Source: a virus | Direction: 5' to 3' (one strand) | Length of the DNA: 64,000 nt | IMG/VR virus record: IMGVR_UViG_3300037560_000207 | Span: 117,361-181,360 of that record | Shown: positions 29,043-38,813 of the stretch, piece by piece | Layout of the letters: every line of letters begins with the position of its first letter | Position numbering within the stretch: the stretch's first letter is position 1 | Position numbers and translations under genes: made by a program | Notes under the pieces: model-generated | Told to the model about the DNA's origin: nothing | What the model saw: only the letters and a program-made list of their open reading frames with translations | The model's database searches: none

Positions 29043-29467
29043 TGAAACAGTGCTTTAAATGTAATATAAAGAAAAGCATAGAAGAGTTCTATAAACATTC
29101 AGGAATGATAGATGGACATCTTGGTAAATGTAAACAATGCTGTCGTGTCGAAAATATAACTAACAGAAAGAAAAAAGTCGCTTATTATGCTAACTATGAG
29201 AAACATCGTTTCCATGATCCGAAAAGAAAAAAACAGGTTATGGAAGCCAGTTATCGTATGCGAATCAATCATCCAAATAAATACAAAGCAAGATATACTA
29301 CAAGCAATGCTTTAAGAGATGGAAAATTAATTAAAGGACCATGTGAAGTTTGTAAAACAAAAATAAAAGTACAAAGCCATCACGATGATTATGATAAACC
29401 AATGGAAGTACGATGGCTATGTTTTCAGCATCATAGAGAATTACATGGACAGAAAGTATATTTGTAA
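29042..29467 (+). CDS. HNH-like endonuclease with N-terminal Zn finger
   Basis: CFKC..K..EEFYK...CKQC; CEVC...SHHDDYDKP.EVRWLC..HH...H. Confidence 0.8.
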   Translation: MKQCFKCNIKKSIEEFYKHSGMIDGHLGKCKQCCRVENITNRKKKVAYYANYEKHRFHDPKRKKQVMEASYRMRINHPNKYKARYTTSNALRDGKLIKGPCEVCKTKIKVQSHHDDYDKPMEVRWLCFQHHRELHGQKVYL

Positions 29468-30061
29468 ATGAACTATGGACAGTCGCTAGATAGATTTATC
29501 ACCTATTTAGCACGGAATATTGCGACTGTTTATCCTAGTAATTGCGCTGGTGAAGAAGACTATATCCAAGTAGGGCATTTAAAATTAGCTGAGATTCACA
29601 GGGATGAACAGGAAAAACATATTAATCATCTTGGGGCATATGCCATTATCGCAATAGCTCGTGCTATGAGGTATGCTGCTATAGAAGCAATGTATGCCGT
29701 ATCTGCTTCACACAGAATTAAAAAACAAGTCCATAGAATTGAAATGCTTTTAATTACTGGCAAGACAGAACAAGAAATATGTCAAGAATTAGAAATTACT
29801 AAAAATAAATTAGCAAGTTTACGATCATTAATTAATACCGAATCCTGGCATAGACTATTTGAAGAACCAACACAAAGTCTAGGGTCATTTTTTGTACCTG
29901 ATGATATTTTATCGTCTGACTATTTGACGGAAGAAGATAAGATTTTTATACAAGCACAATTAGAAGATACTATTGGAGATTTGGGATTGAGTCGAAAACA
30001 ACAATGGTTGCGGACAAAGAGTCTTCGTCCAAAATTGATACGGAGTGGTTATGGAATCTAA
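29468..30061 (+). CDS. Phage sigma70-like RNA polymerase sigma factor
   Basis: Region 2 EEDYIQVGHLKL and GAYAIIAI..AM; region 3 TEQEICQELEIT; region 4 LTEEDK...LGLSRKQ...SLRPKL. Confidence 0.7.
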   Translation: MNYGQSLDRFITYLARNIATVYPSNCAGEEDYIQVGHLKLAEIHRDEQEKHINHLGAYAIIAIARAMRYAAIEAMYAVSASHRIKKQVHRIEMLLITGKTEQEICQELEITKNKLASLRSLINTESWHRLFEEPTQSLGSFFVPDDILSSDYLTEEDKIFIQAQLEDTIGDLGLSRKQQWLRTKSLRPKLIRSGYGI

Positions 30062-31760
30062 TAGTAAACGTCGTATTTTATTTACAGGAGAGGCTTCTTT
30101 TTTAGCTACTGGGTTTAGTACTTATATAAATGAAGTAATGAAAAGACTACATGCAACTGGCGAGTTCGAACTTGCGGAACAAGGATCATACGCTCATGAT
30201 GATGATCTACGTTGTCAACAAGTACCATGGAAATTCTACCCAGTTGCTCCTGCTCGTAGTAATCAACAAGCTATGCAAAAATACGCTTCTAGACCAACAA
30301 ATCAATTTGGTGAAGATAAATTTACTGATGTATGTTTAGATTTCAAACCAGATATTGTTATATCTATAACAGATTGGTGGATGTCTGAGTATGTTGAAAG
30401 ATCACCATTGAGACCTAATTTTTCCTGGGTTCAAATGCCAACAATTGACGGTGAACCACAAAAGCCAGTCTGGTTAGATACATATAAGCGATCAGATGGA
30501 ATTTTAACATATTCAGATTATGGTATGAATTTACTCAAAAAGACCGGTAGACGTGGTACAAAACTTATTACAAAAGCATCCCCTGGTGTTGATCTTGAAA
30601 CATTTAAGCCGCCAGATGACAAAAGAGCACATAAGACAAGATTAGGAATTGACCCAAATTCTTTGATTGTTGGTATGACTGCTAGAAACCAAAAACGAAA
30701 ATTGTACTATGACTTAATAGAAGCATTTTCGATGTGGCTTCATCAATCTAAAACTAAGGGACATTTAGAATTAGCAAAAAAGACATTTCTTTATCTTCAT
30801 ACTAGTTATCCAGACGTAGGATATGATATCGGTAAAGCAATCCGAGATTTTAAAGTTAGTAACAAAGTTATTATGACATATCTATGTAATAATTGTCAAA
30901 CTGCTTATCCATCATTTTTTGCTGGTGAATTAACAATTTGTCGTAAATGTGGTAAACTTGCAGCCCATCCACCAAATGCTAATCATTCATGTCCGCGCAA
31001 TGTATTAGCAGATATTATGAAAACATTCGATCTTTATGTTCAATATTCCATATGTGAGGGTTCAGGTATGCCTCCAGTTGAAGCAATGTGCTGCGGGGTT
31101 CCAGTAATGGCTGTAGATTATTCTGCTATGCATGATTATTTTGATTGCCCGACAGCCATTCCGATTAGAGTACAACGTTTTTTCTGGGAAGCGATCATAG
31201 AGACGGAACAAAAACGAGCGCTTCCAGACAATATGGATTTTGTTAATAAATTAGATAGATTTTTGAAACAAAACGAATCTAAACGAATTGAAAAATCACA
31301 ACAGACCAGAAATTATGCCGAAGAATTAATTGAAACTTATGGTCAAGACCAAAAGATGCCAAGATATAGCTGGGATAGAACAGCAGCTATCTGGGGACAA
31401 GTTCTTCGTGAAACTAAAATCAAAGATCAACAAACAACTTGGCTTTGTCCAACTTCTCGTGTACATAATCCTATCTTGACTCCACCCAGCAATGATATGA
31501 ATAATAGTGAATTTGTTAACTGGGTAATTGGTAAAATATGGAATCGACCGGATATGCTTCGTACACATTTTGCAGGTGAATGGCTCAAGTCACTGAATAG
31601 TGGTTCTAAAACAGTTGGTGATAAGCGAATACCGTTTGGTCGTAAAGAATTTGTGGATCATTTTATGGGAATGATACAGCAATCAAATGTGATAGAAGAG
31701 AAAAGGTTGGCGATTTTGAATCGTAAAACTTCAGACGCAGTAAAAGTGACGGTGATATAA
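30051..31760 (+). CDS. GT4 glycosyltransferase with Zn-ribbon insert
   Basis: RILFTGE....TGF, PGVDLETFKP, RNQKRK, DLYVQ.S..EGSGMPPVEAMCCGVPV; insert CNNC...CRKC. Confidence 0.9.
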   Translation: MESNSKRRILFTGEASFLATGFSTYINEVMKRLHATGEFELAEQGSYAHDDDLRCQQVPWKFYPVAPARSNQQAMQKYASRPTNQFGEDKFTDVCLDFKPDIVISITDWWMSEYVERSPLRPNFSWVQMPTIDGEPQKPVWLDTYKRSDGILTYSDYGMNLLKKTGRRGTKLITKASPGVDLETFKPPDDKRAHKTRLGIDPNSLIVGMTARNQKRKLYYDLIEAFSMWLHQSKTKGHLELAKKTFLYLHTSYPDVGYDIGKAIRDFKVSNKVIMTYLCNNCQTAYPSFFAGELTICRKCGKLAAHPPNANHSCPRNVLADIMKTFDLYVQYSICEGSGMPPVEAMCCGVPVMAVDYSAMHDYFDCPTAIPIRVQRFFWEAIIETEQKRALPDNMDFVNKLDRFLKQNESKRIEKSQQTRNYAEELIETYGQDQKMPRYSWDRTAAIWGQVLRETKIKDQQTTWLCPTSRVHNPILTPPSNDMNNSEFVNWVIGKIWNRPDMLRTHFAGEWLKSLNSGSKTVGDKRIPFGRKEFVDHFMGMIQQSNVIEEKRLAILNRKTSDAVKVTVI

Positions 31761-32941
31761 TGAAAATCGTATATATTGCTCCATACTATGATGGAACCGG
31801 GTATAGTAATCAAGCAGTACACAATATGCTTGCAATGAAAGCTGGCGGTATTGATGTTGTTGCCCGTGCAGTAAAATTATCTCAATCTAAAAATAATGAA
31901 TTAGCAGCAAAAGTAAAACATCTTGAAGATAAAAATACTGATAATGTTGATATAGTAATCCAACATGTTTTGCCGAATTTATTTGAATATAAAGATGGTG
32001 TTAAAAATATTGGCATGTTTTGCTGGGAGACAACCCACTTTCGACGATCAAATTGGTCTCATTGTTGCAATCTTATGGATGAAATATGGGTGCCGTCTAT
32101 ACAAAATGCTCAGGCTGTCAAAGATAGTAATGTAATAGTACCAGTCAAAATATTCCCGTGCGCCTGCGATATTACTCGTTTTAATAATCCACCAGTTCCG
32201 TTAAATATACCAATCTTAAAAAATAAATGTGTGTTCTATACAATAAGCGAGATGATTCGTCGTAAAAATATAGTTGCAATATTACGAGCATTTTATAGTA
32301 CCTTTAGTTTGCGTGACGATGTAGTATTAGTAATTAAAACAAGTATTCCTGGCAAATCCTCGGACGAGGCAACAGATATACTTAGAACGACTATCGAAGA
32401 TATCAAAAAATCATTACATACATATGTTAGACATCCGTATTATCCACCAGTTGTATGTATTACAGATTTTTTGCCAGACAATAAATTAGATCAATTGCAT
32501 GTCGCTTGTGATGTTTTTGTTTCTGCAAGTCATGGAGAAGCTTGGGGAATACCAGCACACGACGCAATGGGGTTTGGTAATCCAGTCATATTAAGTAATT
32601 GGGGTGCTTATCCAGAATTGACGTATGAACAAGCACATCTATATTGGAAACCAGCACACCATAAATTTGAATGGCCCGGAGAACAAAAATGTGGATGGCT
32701 CATAAAGGGACAATTAACACCTTGCTTCGGAGCTGTTGAAAGTTTTCCAGATTTATATACAGGCCAAGAGCGCTGGTTTGATCCAGATATTTGTCATTTT
32801 ATTTTTAATATGAAAGAAGCGTATAAAGAATGGCAAAATGGACAATTACATATCAGAGGAGAAGCTGCTAAACAACGCGCTGCCGAATTTTCATATGAAA
32901 AGGTCGGTCAAATAGCTAAGGAACTATTAAAGGAAAAATAA
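31760..32941 (+). CDS. GT4 glycosyltransferase
   Basis: GTGYS, DEIWVPS, RRKN, DVFVSASHGEAWGIPAHDAMGFGNPVI. Confidence 0.9.
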   Translation: MKIVYIAPYYDGTGYSNQAVHNMLAMKAGGIDVVARAVKLSQSKNNELAAKVKHLEDKNTDNVDIVIQHVLPNLFEYKDGVKNIGMFCWETTHFRRSNWSHCCNLMDEIWVPSIQNAQAVKDSNVIVPVKIFPCACDITRFNNPPVPLNIPILKNKCVFYTISEMIRRKNIVAILRAFYSTFSLRDDVVLVIKTSIPGKSSDEATDILRTTIEDIKKSLHTYVRHPYYPPVVCITDFLPDNKLDQLHVACDVFVSASHGEAWGIPAHDAMGFGNPVILSNWGAYPELTYEQAHLYWKPAHHKFEWPGEQKCGWLIKGQLTPCFGAVESFPDLYTGQERWFDPDICHFIFNMKEAYKEWQNGQLHIRGEAAKQRAAEFSYEKVGQIAKELLKEK

Positions 32942-33961
32942 ATGGCTGCACCACTTTCTGGAATATTAAGAAGTATTAATAGAGACAAAAATCGTCCTCT
33001 AAATATTCTTTTTAGTTTAAACCATGAAGCATATCAAGCAACATTGGCTAAAACGGGACATAATTTCTATATGGTAAATCACCCTCGATTCCATCAATGG
33101 GATAAAACAGAACGAGAAATGCCATCGAATATCATCCCGTTAGGAAATGGAGAAATACCACATCAATTAAAAACTGATATAGCATTTGATTTAGTACTTT
33201 CCCAAAATCGAATAGATCATTACCCTATTATGGTACAATTGGCTAAACAACTTAATTGCCCATTATTGCAAATGGAACATACTTTAAATTGGCCAGACTG
33301 GGATGATAAAACAATAGAACGGATAGGACATCTCCCATGTGATCATGATATTTTTGCTACTGAATTTTCAGTTGAAGCATGGTTTCGTGATCTCAATGAT
33401 CCAAATATTACAGTTATTAGACATGGTATGGATACTGACTTTTGGAATGACTGGGTTGGTGGTGATGGGAAAATAATGACTGCGGTATGGAATTATCCTC
33501 AACGAAATAAAATTTGTGGTTTTGATTTATACAAAGAAGTAACGAAAGGTCTTCCTACTAATGCATGGGGAGATAGTCCAGGCTTTTCAAAGATGGCCAA
33601 AGATACTGATCATCTTAGAGAACTTTATCGTCATGCTTCAGTCTTTTTAAATACAACCCTATGGTCTACAACGCCATTTGGATTATTAGAAGCTATGTCT
33701 GTTGGGTGCCCAATTGTGACAACAGCAACCACTGCAATGCCCGAATTTATTAAGGATGGCGTAAATGGATTCATAACCAATGATCCCAAAATAATGCGTG
33801 AACGACTTGAGGAATTGATTGCTGATCCAGAATTAGGTAAAAAAATAGGTGATGCTGGTAGAGAAACAGTGTTAAAACAATTTGGACAACAACGATTTTT
33901 AGATGAATGGAATAAAGCATTTTGGAAAGTTGCAGAATGTCCTCCTGGTAAATGGCAATAG
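32942..33961 (+). CDS. GT4 glycosyltransferase
   Basis: IRHGMD, Y..ASVFLNTT...TPFGLLEAMSVGCPIV, IKDGVNGF. Confidence 0.9.
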   Translation: MAAPLSGILRSINRDKNRPLNILFSLNHEAYQATLAKTGHNFYMVNHPRFHQWDKTEREMPSNIIPLGNGEIPHQLKTDIAFDLVLSQNRIDHYPIMVQLAKQLNCPLLQMEHTLNWPDWDDKTIERIGHLPCDHDIFATEFSVEAWFRDLNDPNITVIRHGMDTDFWNDWVGGDGKIMTAVWNYPQRNKICGFDLYKEVTKGLPTNAWGDSPGFSKMAKDTDHLRELYRHASVFLNTTLWSTTPFGLLEAMSVGCPIVTTATTAMPEFIKDGVNGFITNDPKIMRERLEELIADPELGKKIGDAGRETVLKQFGQQRFLDEWNKAFWKVAECPPGKWQ

Positions 33962-33969
33962 GGAAAAAT

Positions 33970-34176
33970 ATGAAAAACAAAAAAGAAGAAGAATTATTTT
34001 GGACAGGGCCTGGGTATCGAGGTGAATATCAATGTCCTCATGGCGTGGGACATGGTAATCATATTCATGGTTGTGATGGATGTTGTGAACGGGATGATTT
34101 TCCCTTGAATGCTGTCAATATCAAAACTACGCGCAAACATGAAAAGAAATTAGATAGGAAAAAAAATGAAAATTAA
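33970..34176 (+). CDS. Small Cys/His-rich hypothetical protein
   Basis: CPHGVGH..HIHGCDGCC motif. Confidence 0.6.
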   Translation: MKNKKEEELFWTGPGYRGEYQCPHGVGHGNHIHGCDGCCERDDFPLNAVNIKTTRKHEKKLDRKKNEN

Positions 34177-34636
34177 CCTTGGATGTGGCAATGATGTTCG
34201 ATCTGGATATATCAATATTGATCGTTTACCATCAAATCAAGTACCTCCAGATATATATAGACAGGGAGATATCAGTTCTTTGGATTGGCTAACAGAAGAT
34301 AATACAGTCAATGAAATCATAGCATTGGATTGTCTCGAATATTTACCAACTAATGTTATCAAACAAGCTTTAATTAACTGGGCACAAAAATTATCTGTGG
34401 GTGGTATATTAAAGATTTTAGTACCAGATTGCCATGCAATAGCTAAATCGTTTGCACAGGGACAATTCAGTCTTAAGGAATATTCACAAATGATTTTGGG
34501 TACCCAAGAAGGAAATGATAATCGATTAGCAGTTATTGATGCTGCAACACTACTTAGTATTCTTCAGGAAATTGGATTAACTATCTCTCTTAAGAGATAC
34601 GAAGGTGTAGCAATTTATGTTGAGGCAATAAAATGA
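34166..34636 (+). CDS. SAM-dependent methyltransferase (KINLGCG type)
   Basis: KINLGCG...GYINID, LEY, L..GG.LKI.VPD. Confidence 0.85.
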   Translation: MKINLGCGNDVRSGYINIDRLPSNQVPPDIYRQGDISSLDWLTEDNTVNEIIALDCLEYLPTNVIKQALINWAQKLSVGGILKILVPDCHAIAKSFAQGQFSLKEYSQMILGTQEGNDNRLAVIDAATLLSILQEIGLTISLKRYEGVAIYVEAIK

Positions 34637-35397
34637 TAACTACTGGTTGTGAAGGTTGTTGTTTTTTAAAGCAAGATGATCAAGGCAAGGGATGTGTTTT
34701 GCATCAATTATGTGCCCTTAAAGATGGACAAATATTTGCCCCTGGATATTGTCGATTTTGCCGTAGCCATAAATGGGCCGCAAAACAAAAAACAACCGAT
34801 TTATCCGAATTATATCGAAAAGTATTAAATGAACGTGCTCTTAAATTTGATATGTTAGTATTTTTTAATGAAGCTGTCAATCGAATTGAAGATTTGGAAC
34901 ATACGCTAAATTCTGATTGGTATATCGGATATGCCAAGAAAATTATTATCATGGATGTTACAGGATTCGGTGATCGACAAAATTTAGCTTTACAATATCT
35001 TAAAAGTCGAGAACATCCAGTTTCTACAGTAGTTGATAGTAGTGTTATTCATGAATCACTTGAACAGCGTGAGATAACAATAAAAAGACTTTCAAAAAAA
35101 GTAACAGCACCATTCTTTTTATCTATTCCCGCTGGTAATACACTTAAAAATTTCGATTTATTTGCTAAAATGATTCAACATGTACCAAGTAGAGTAATCC
35201 ATTGGTCATTTCCTTTTAATATAGGTATGACAACAATTATGCCAAATCAATTATACTATGGATTGTTTATCACTGCACCCTATAGAGCACTTATGAAATC
35301 TCCAGAAGTCGAATCATTTACTCAACAATTAAGAAAAGAAGAAATAGAAACCGTAATGGGACTTTCATGGTTCTGCGAAAAATGTTGGATAACGTAA
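34633..35397 (+). CDS. Hypothetical protein, Cys-rich N-terminus, possibly degenerate GT-A
   Basis: CEGCC..C....C..C..C then alpha/beta region; lies within the GT cluster. Confidence 0.55.
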   Translation: MITTGCEGCCFLKQDDQGKGCVLHQLCALKDGQIFAPGYCRFCRSHKWAAKQKTTDLSELYRKVLNERALKFDMLVFFNEAVNRIEDLEHTLNSDWYIGYAKKIIIMDVTGFGDRQNLALQYLKSREHPVSTVVDSSVIHESLEQREITIKRLSKKVTAPFFLSIPAGNTLKNFDLFAKMIQHVPSRVIHWSFPFNIGMTTIMPNQLYYGLFITAPYRALMKSPEVESFTQQLRKEEIETVMGLSWFCEKCWIT

Positions 35398-35486
35398 TGG
35401 GTAAATTTATTGATTTAACTAGACAACGATTCGGGAGACTTATAGAAAAAGCCTTACAATATCAGTCGGAAAGAAAAAAATGCTAG
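35397..35486 (+). pseudogene. Relic N-terminus of an HNH homing endonuclease
   Basis: MGKFIDLTRQRFGRLIEK...C* matches MPKLIDLIGKKFGRL (27138) and MLNLIGQKFGRL (13589). Confidence 0.7.
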
Positions 35487-36247
35487 ATAATGAAAAAGTA
35501 AATATTATTATTGCAACTCATAATGATTCGACAACAATTCAAAAAACACTTGAATCAGTTACAAAAGGAATTCGACCTGCTGATCAGGTTACGGTTGGTG
35601 ATAACAATTCTACTGATGGTACATATGATGTCCTTTGTAAACTTCTCGATGCAAAGCAGGTAACTATTGACAATAAAACAGGTTTACCTCCACAATTTAA
35701 AGGGAAATTCAACGAAATACCTGTTACAATTTTCCGAAAGAAATCATCTACAATAGGACATACATTGAATATTGCTATGCAAATGGAATGGAAAAATATT
35801 ACCTTATTTGGCTTTGTTGATAAAGGAAGTTGGTATGCTGGGGATAAAATTGCACAGGCTATTAGAGTTTTTCAACAATATCCTGCTGTTGCGTGTGTAG
35901 TAAGTGATTTCGATAATCATCATTCGGATGGACGTGTGGAGAGAGTTTTCCGTTGTTCTTTTGATATGCAAAGATTACTTACTGATTACCAATATGATAG
36001 AAACTTTCTAGTCAGAACACAAATATTTCCTAAATTAAAATGCGGTTTTAGTGAACAAATGCCGATCAGAGATGATTATGATCTTTTATTAAAAATATCC
36101 GAAATTGGATTAATATATCACATACCAGCACCGCTTCATAATAATATTATTGTTGAAATTGATGAAACCGTTAAACAATTAATAACACAAAATGAAACAA
36201 TAACAAAACAATTAACTGCTCAACGTCGGAATAAACCAAATGGGTAG
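35480..36247 (+). CDS. GT2 glycosyltransferase
   Basis: IIIATHN, TLES, VGDNNSTDGT, N.AM, DDYDL.L.I.E.G...HIP.PL. Confidence 0.88.
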   Translation: MLDNEKVNIIIATHNDSTTIQKTLESVTKGIRPADQVTVGDNNSTDGTYDVLCKLLDAKQVTIDNKTGLPPQFKGKFNEIPVTIFRKKSSTIGHTLNIAMQMEWKNITLFGFVDKGSWYAGDKIAQAIRVFQQYPAVACVVSDFDNHHSDGRVERVFRCSFDMQRLLTDYQYDRNFLVRTQIFPKLKCGFSEQMPIRDDYDLLLKISEIGLIYHIPAPLHNNIIVEIDETVKQLITQNETITKQLTAQRRNKPNG

Positions 36248-36818
36248 AAATAAAAAAAGTACTAGACATATAGAAGCTACTAAGCGAAAGGTTAATGCAG
36301 AGGCAGAAATGGCGAAACTAGGTCTCACTCTTAAAGATGATATAGCACTTATTGGATTTGTTTTCAATCACCTTGCCATTTCTCATCTAACATATTTAGG
36401 ACTTTCTTCGATTAATAAACTGTGTAAAACATATGCTGCCATAGATATTTGCATATTCACTCAACATATTATCCAACCGTGCATACAACTTTTATGTCCA
36501 GTTTTTAGTATATCTGATTTGTCTAGGTGGCATCATCATCCATTAATAGCAACCAGCATCGGAACAACAATTGAGGCATTAGCCAGTAATGCTTCCATAG
36601 TTTATCATTATGCTTTTGATCCAGAATTTATTGATAAATCACACCGAGAATCGTCCGATTTACGACCTGCATTTTGTGATCCACGAGTACGAGTCATTGT
36701 GAGACATGAATCTCATAAAGAATTGATTGAAGCGGAATTTGGCATCAGGGTATGTGATGAAATTATACCAGATTGTGATGCTGAAATGTTAGCAAAATTG
36801 GTATTAATGGAGAAATAA
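36240..36818 (+). CDS. Hypothetical protein
   Basis: Packed ORF at the end of the GT cluster. Confidence 0.65.
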   Translation: MGRNKKSTRHIEATKRKVNAEAEMAKLGLTLKDDIALIGFVFNHLAISHLTYLGLSSINKLCKTYAAIDICIFTQHIIQPCIQLLCPVFSISDLSRWHHHPLIATSIGTTIEALASNASIVYHYAFDPEFIDKSHRESSDLRPAFCDPRVRVIVRHESHKELIEAEFGIRVCDEIIPDCDAEMLAKLVLMEK

Positions 36819-36821
36819 AAA

Positions 36822-37763
36822 ATGACAGAAGCAAAACCACCAACCAGATTAGGCAAACAAGAACTTTATGATGCACTATCTGCTCTAGGTTATACTGAAG
36901 AACAATTATCAGATGATCAAGGTAAGAAACTCAAACGACCTATATTACTCGAAAAACTTCATGCTCATCAGCAGGGAGAGGAGGGGTTGGCTGTTCTTTC
37001 TGATGTAGAAGAAAATGATGATGATGTTGGTGTTGAAGTAAAGCCAGACATAAAAGAGAGTCAGAATAATGATTATGATGATGATGATGCTGAAGCTAAA
37101 TATCCAGACGATTCTGATCCTGAAGAACTTGAAATTCCAAATCAGAATGACCCTAAATGGACCCAATATGTTCTGGGACAATTCATGGAAGATGAAGTTG
37201 ATGGTGTTAATCCAAGAGTTGAAGGGTTACGTCGCGTAGCAAATGAATTAGTAGGGGAACTTGTAGAGGAAGGTTGTGATTTAGTTAGTGCCCCTTCTCA
37301 AGAGAATAATTTTCGTGCATGTGTAAAAGCGTGGGGAATATTTTTAACCGCCAACGGACATACCAAAAGATTCGAAGCCTTGGCAGATGCACATGCTGAT
37401 AATTGTCACGAAGATTATGCTACTTATCTTGTAGCGATGGCAGATACACGCGCGAAAGGAAGAGTTTTCCGTAATGCGTTATATTTACGACGTGTTGTTT
37501 CTGCGGAGGAAGTCAGTAAAACAATGGCCATGACTGCTGATATTCAAAAGGGTGGAGCAATACACACTTCGCAGATCAGTATGATTCGTTTAATCTCAGA
37601 TAGACACAATTTTAATATTACGGAAGTCTTAGATGGCTTAGGTATTAAATATGAACTCAATGATTCTACAGGAGATGTTAATCTAAAATTATTATCATAC
37701 GAAGACGCTTTAGCTGTATCTATTAAGATGAGAGAAATGAAAGAAGAACAGGAAAAGAAATAA
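36822..37763 (+). CDS. Putative Rad52/Sak-like single-strand annealing protein
   Basis: GLRRVA, beta-beta-beta-alpha-like core ending AMADTRAKGRVFRNAL; acidic N-terminal linker. Confidence 0.5.
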   Translation: MTEAKPPTRLGKQELYDALSALGYTEEQLSDDQGKKLKRPILLEKLHAHQQGEEGLAVLSDVEENDDDVGVEVKPDIKESQNNDYDDDDAEAKYPDDSDPEELEIPNQNDPKWTQYVLGQFMEDEVDGVNPRVEGLRRVANELVGELVEEGCDLVSAPSQENNFRACVKAWGIFLTANGHTKRFEALADAHADNCHEDYATYLVAMADTRAKGRVFRNALYLRRVVSAEEVSKTMAMTADIQKGGAIHTSQISMIRLISDRHNFNITEVLDGLGIKYELNDSTGDVNLKLLSYEDALAVSIKMREMKEEQEKK

Positions 37764-37984
37764 TGTCAGAATTATACGAATTTCTTAAATCTCTTGATAC
37801 AGAACCTATGGATATAGATACATTTTCTGAATGTGCTCAGAAAGATTTAGATCGTTTTGTCAAAAATATAAAGCATCTTAAAACTCTTAAAAATAAAAGT
37901 ATATCATTATTCCGATGGTATATAATGTTTGGATATTGGAATGAAAGTTTGAATTTTCTCCAGGAGGAAAATAATGGCAAATGA
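37763..37984 (+). CDS. Hypothetical protein
   Basis: TAATG-coupled small ORF. Confidence 0.5.
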   Translation: MSELYEFLKSLDTEPMDIDTFSECAQKDLDRFVKNIKHLKTLKNKSISLFRWYIMFGYWNESLNFLQEENNGK

Positions 37985-38459
37985 ATTTAGTAAAGCTTTA
38001 GTATTTTATAAAGCAAAAAAAGATGGGAATGGGGCAGCAAGCCAATGGTCTCTAAGTTCAGAGAAAAACTCAATATTTTTAGAAATGACAAATCAAAAAG
38101 GCAAAGATGAAAATAACAATGCTAGATTTGACTGGGAAAATAAAATCAGATTCAAACTCGATGAAACTGATATTGGTGAAATTTTAGCTGTTCTAATGAA
38201 TCTTCAGAATGGAATCGGCCCGTTTGACACAGACAAAAAGAAGCATAAGGGACTCTTTCATTCGAACCCAAAAGGAAATGCTATTCTATATTTTGGAAGA
38301 GATGCAACAATGGAGGAACATGGGAGATTTCATGTATATTTAAGCGTTAAAAGAGGGGACGACCAAACTGTAGTACGACACACCATTAGTAAAGGAGAAG
38401 CATGTATTTTGAGCACTCTTCTTCGTCGGGCTATTGAGGTGATGTATCGGTGGGGTTAA
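37974..38459 (+). CDS. Whirly-like ssDNA-binding protein
   Basis: VFYK, FDWENKIRFKLDETDIGEIL, LFH, YLSV, ISKGEACIL...W align in order with Whirly-domain motifs (IYK, YDW.RKQVFSLSVTEIG, FFH, NLSV, VTKAEF...W). Confidence 0.6.
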   Translation: MANEFSKALVFYKAKKDGNGAASQWSLSSEKNSIFLEMTNQKGKDENNNARFDWENKIRFKLDETDIGEILAVLMNLQNGIGPFDTDKKKHKGLFHSNPKGNAILYFGRDATMEEHGRFHVYLSVKRGDDQTVVRHTISKGEACILSTLLRRAIEVMYRWG

Positions 38460-38812
38460 TTAAGATTTGATCTTTTTTTAAAGTCTTCTTCCATACGTTC
38501 CATAATTGCCTTAAGCACTTGAACATCAGTAGATAAATCGCTAACAGTAGTTGTAAGTTCTCTTATACTTTCTTGCAAATGGGTTATTTGGACTGTTATT
38601 ATATCTACATAACGATCCATCTCTTTTTGTATTGATACTTCATGTTGTATATCATCAGCTTTCATAACTGCAATTGCAGCAGTATGTATATCTAAAGCAC
38701 CTTTAATACGTTGCTGTTCAGCACCCATAGAAAAAGCTGTACCGGCAATTCCACCGGTTGCTCCTAAAATTAAACCAATTACGCAATAAAATGTGCTTTG
38801 TTTTTTTGTCAT
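38456..38812 (-). CDS. Membrane-anchored coiled-coil protein
   Basis: N-terminal TM CVIGLILGATGGIAGTAF then heptad repeats. Confidence 0.65.
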   Translation of the reverse strand: MTKKQSTFYCVIGLILGATGGIAGTAFSMGAEQQRIKGALDIHTAAIAVMKADDIQHEVSIQKEMDRYVDIITVQITHLQESIRELTTTVSDLSTDVQVLKAIMERMEEDFKKRSNLN

Positions 38813-38813
38813 T

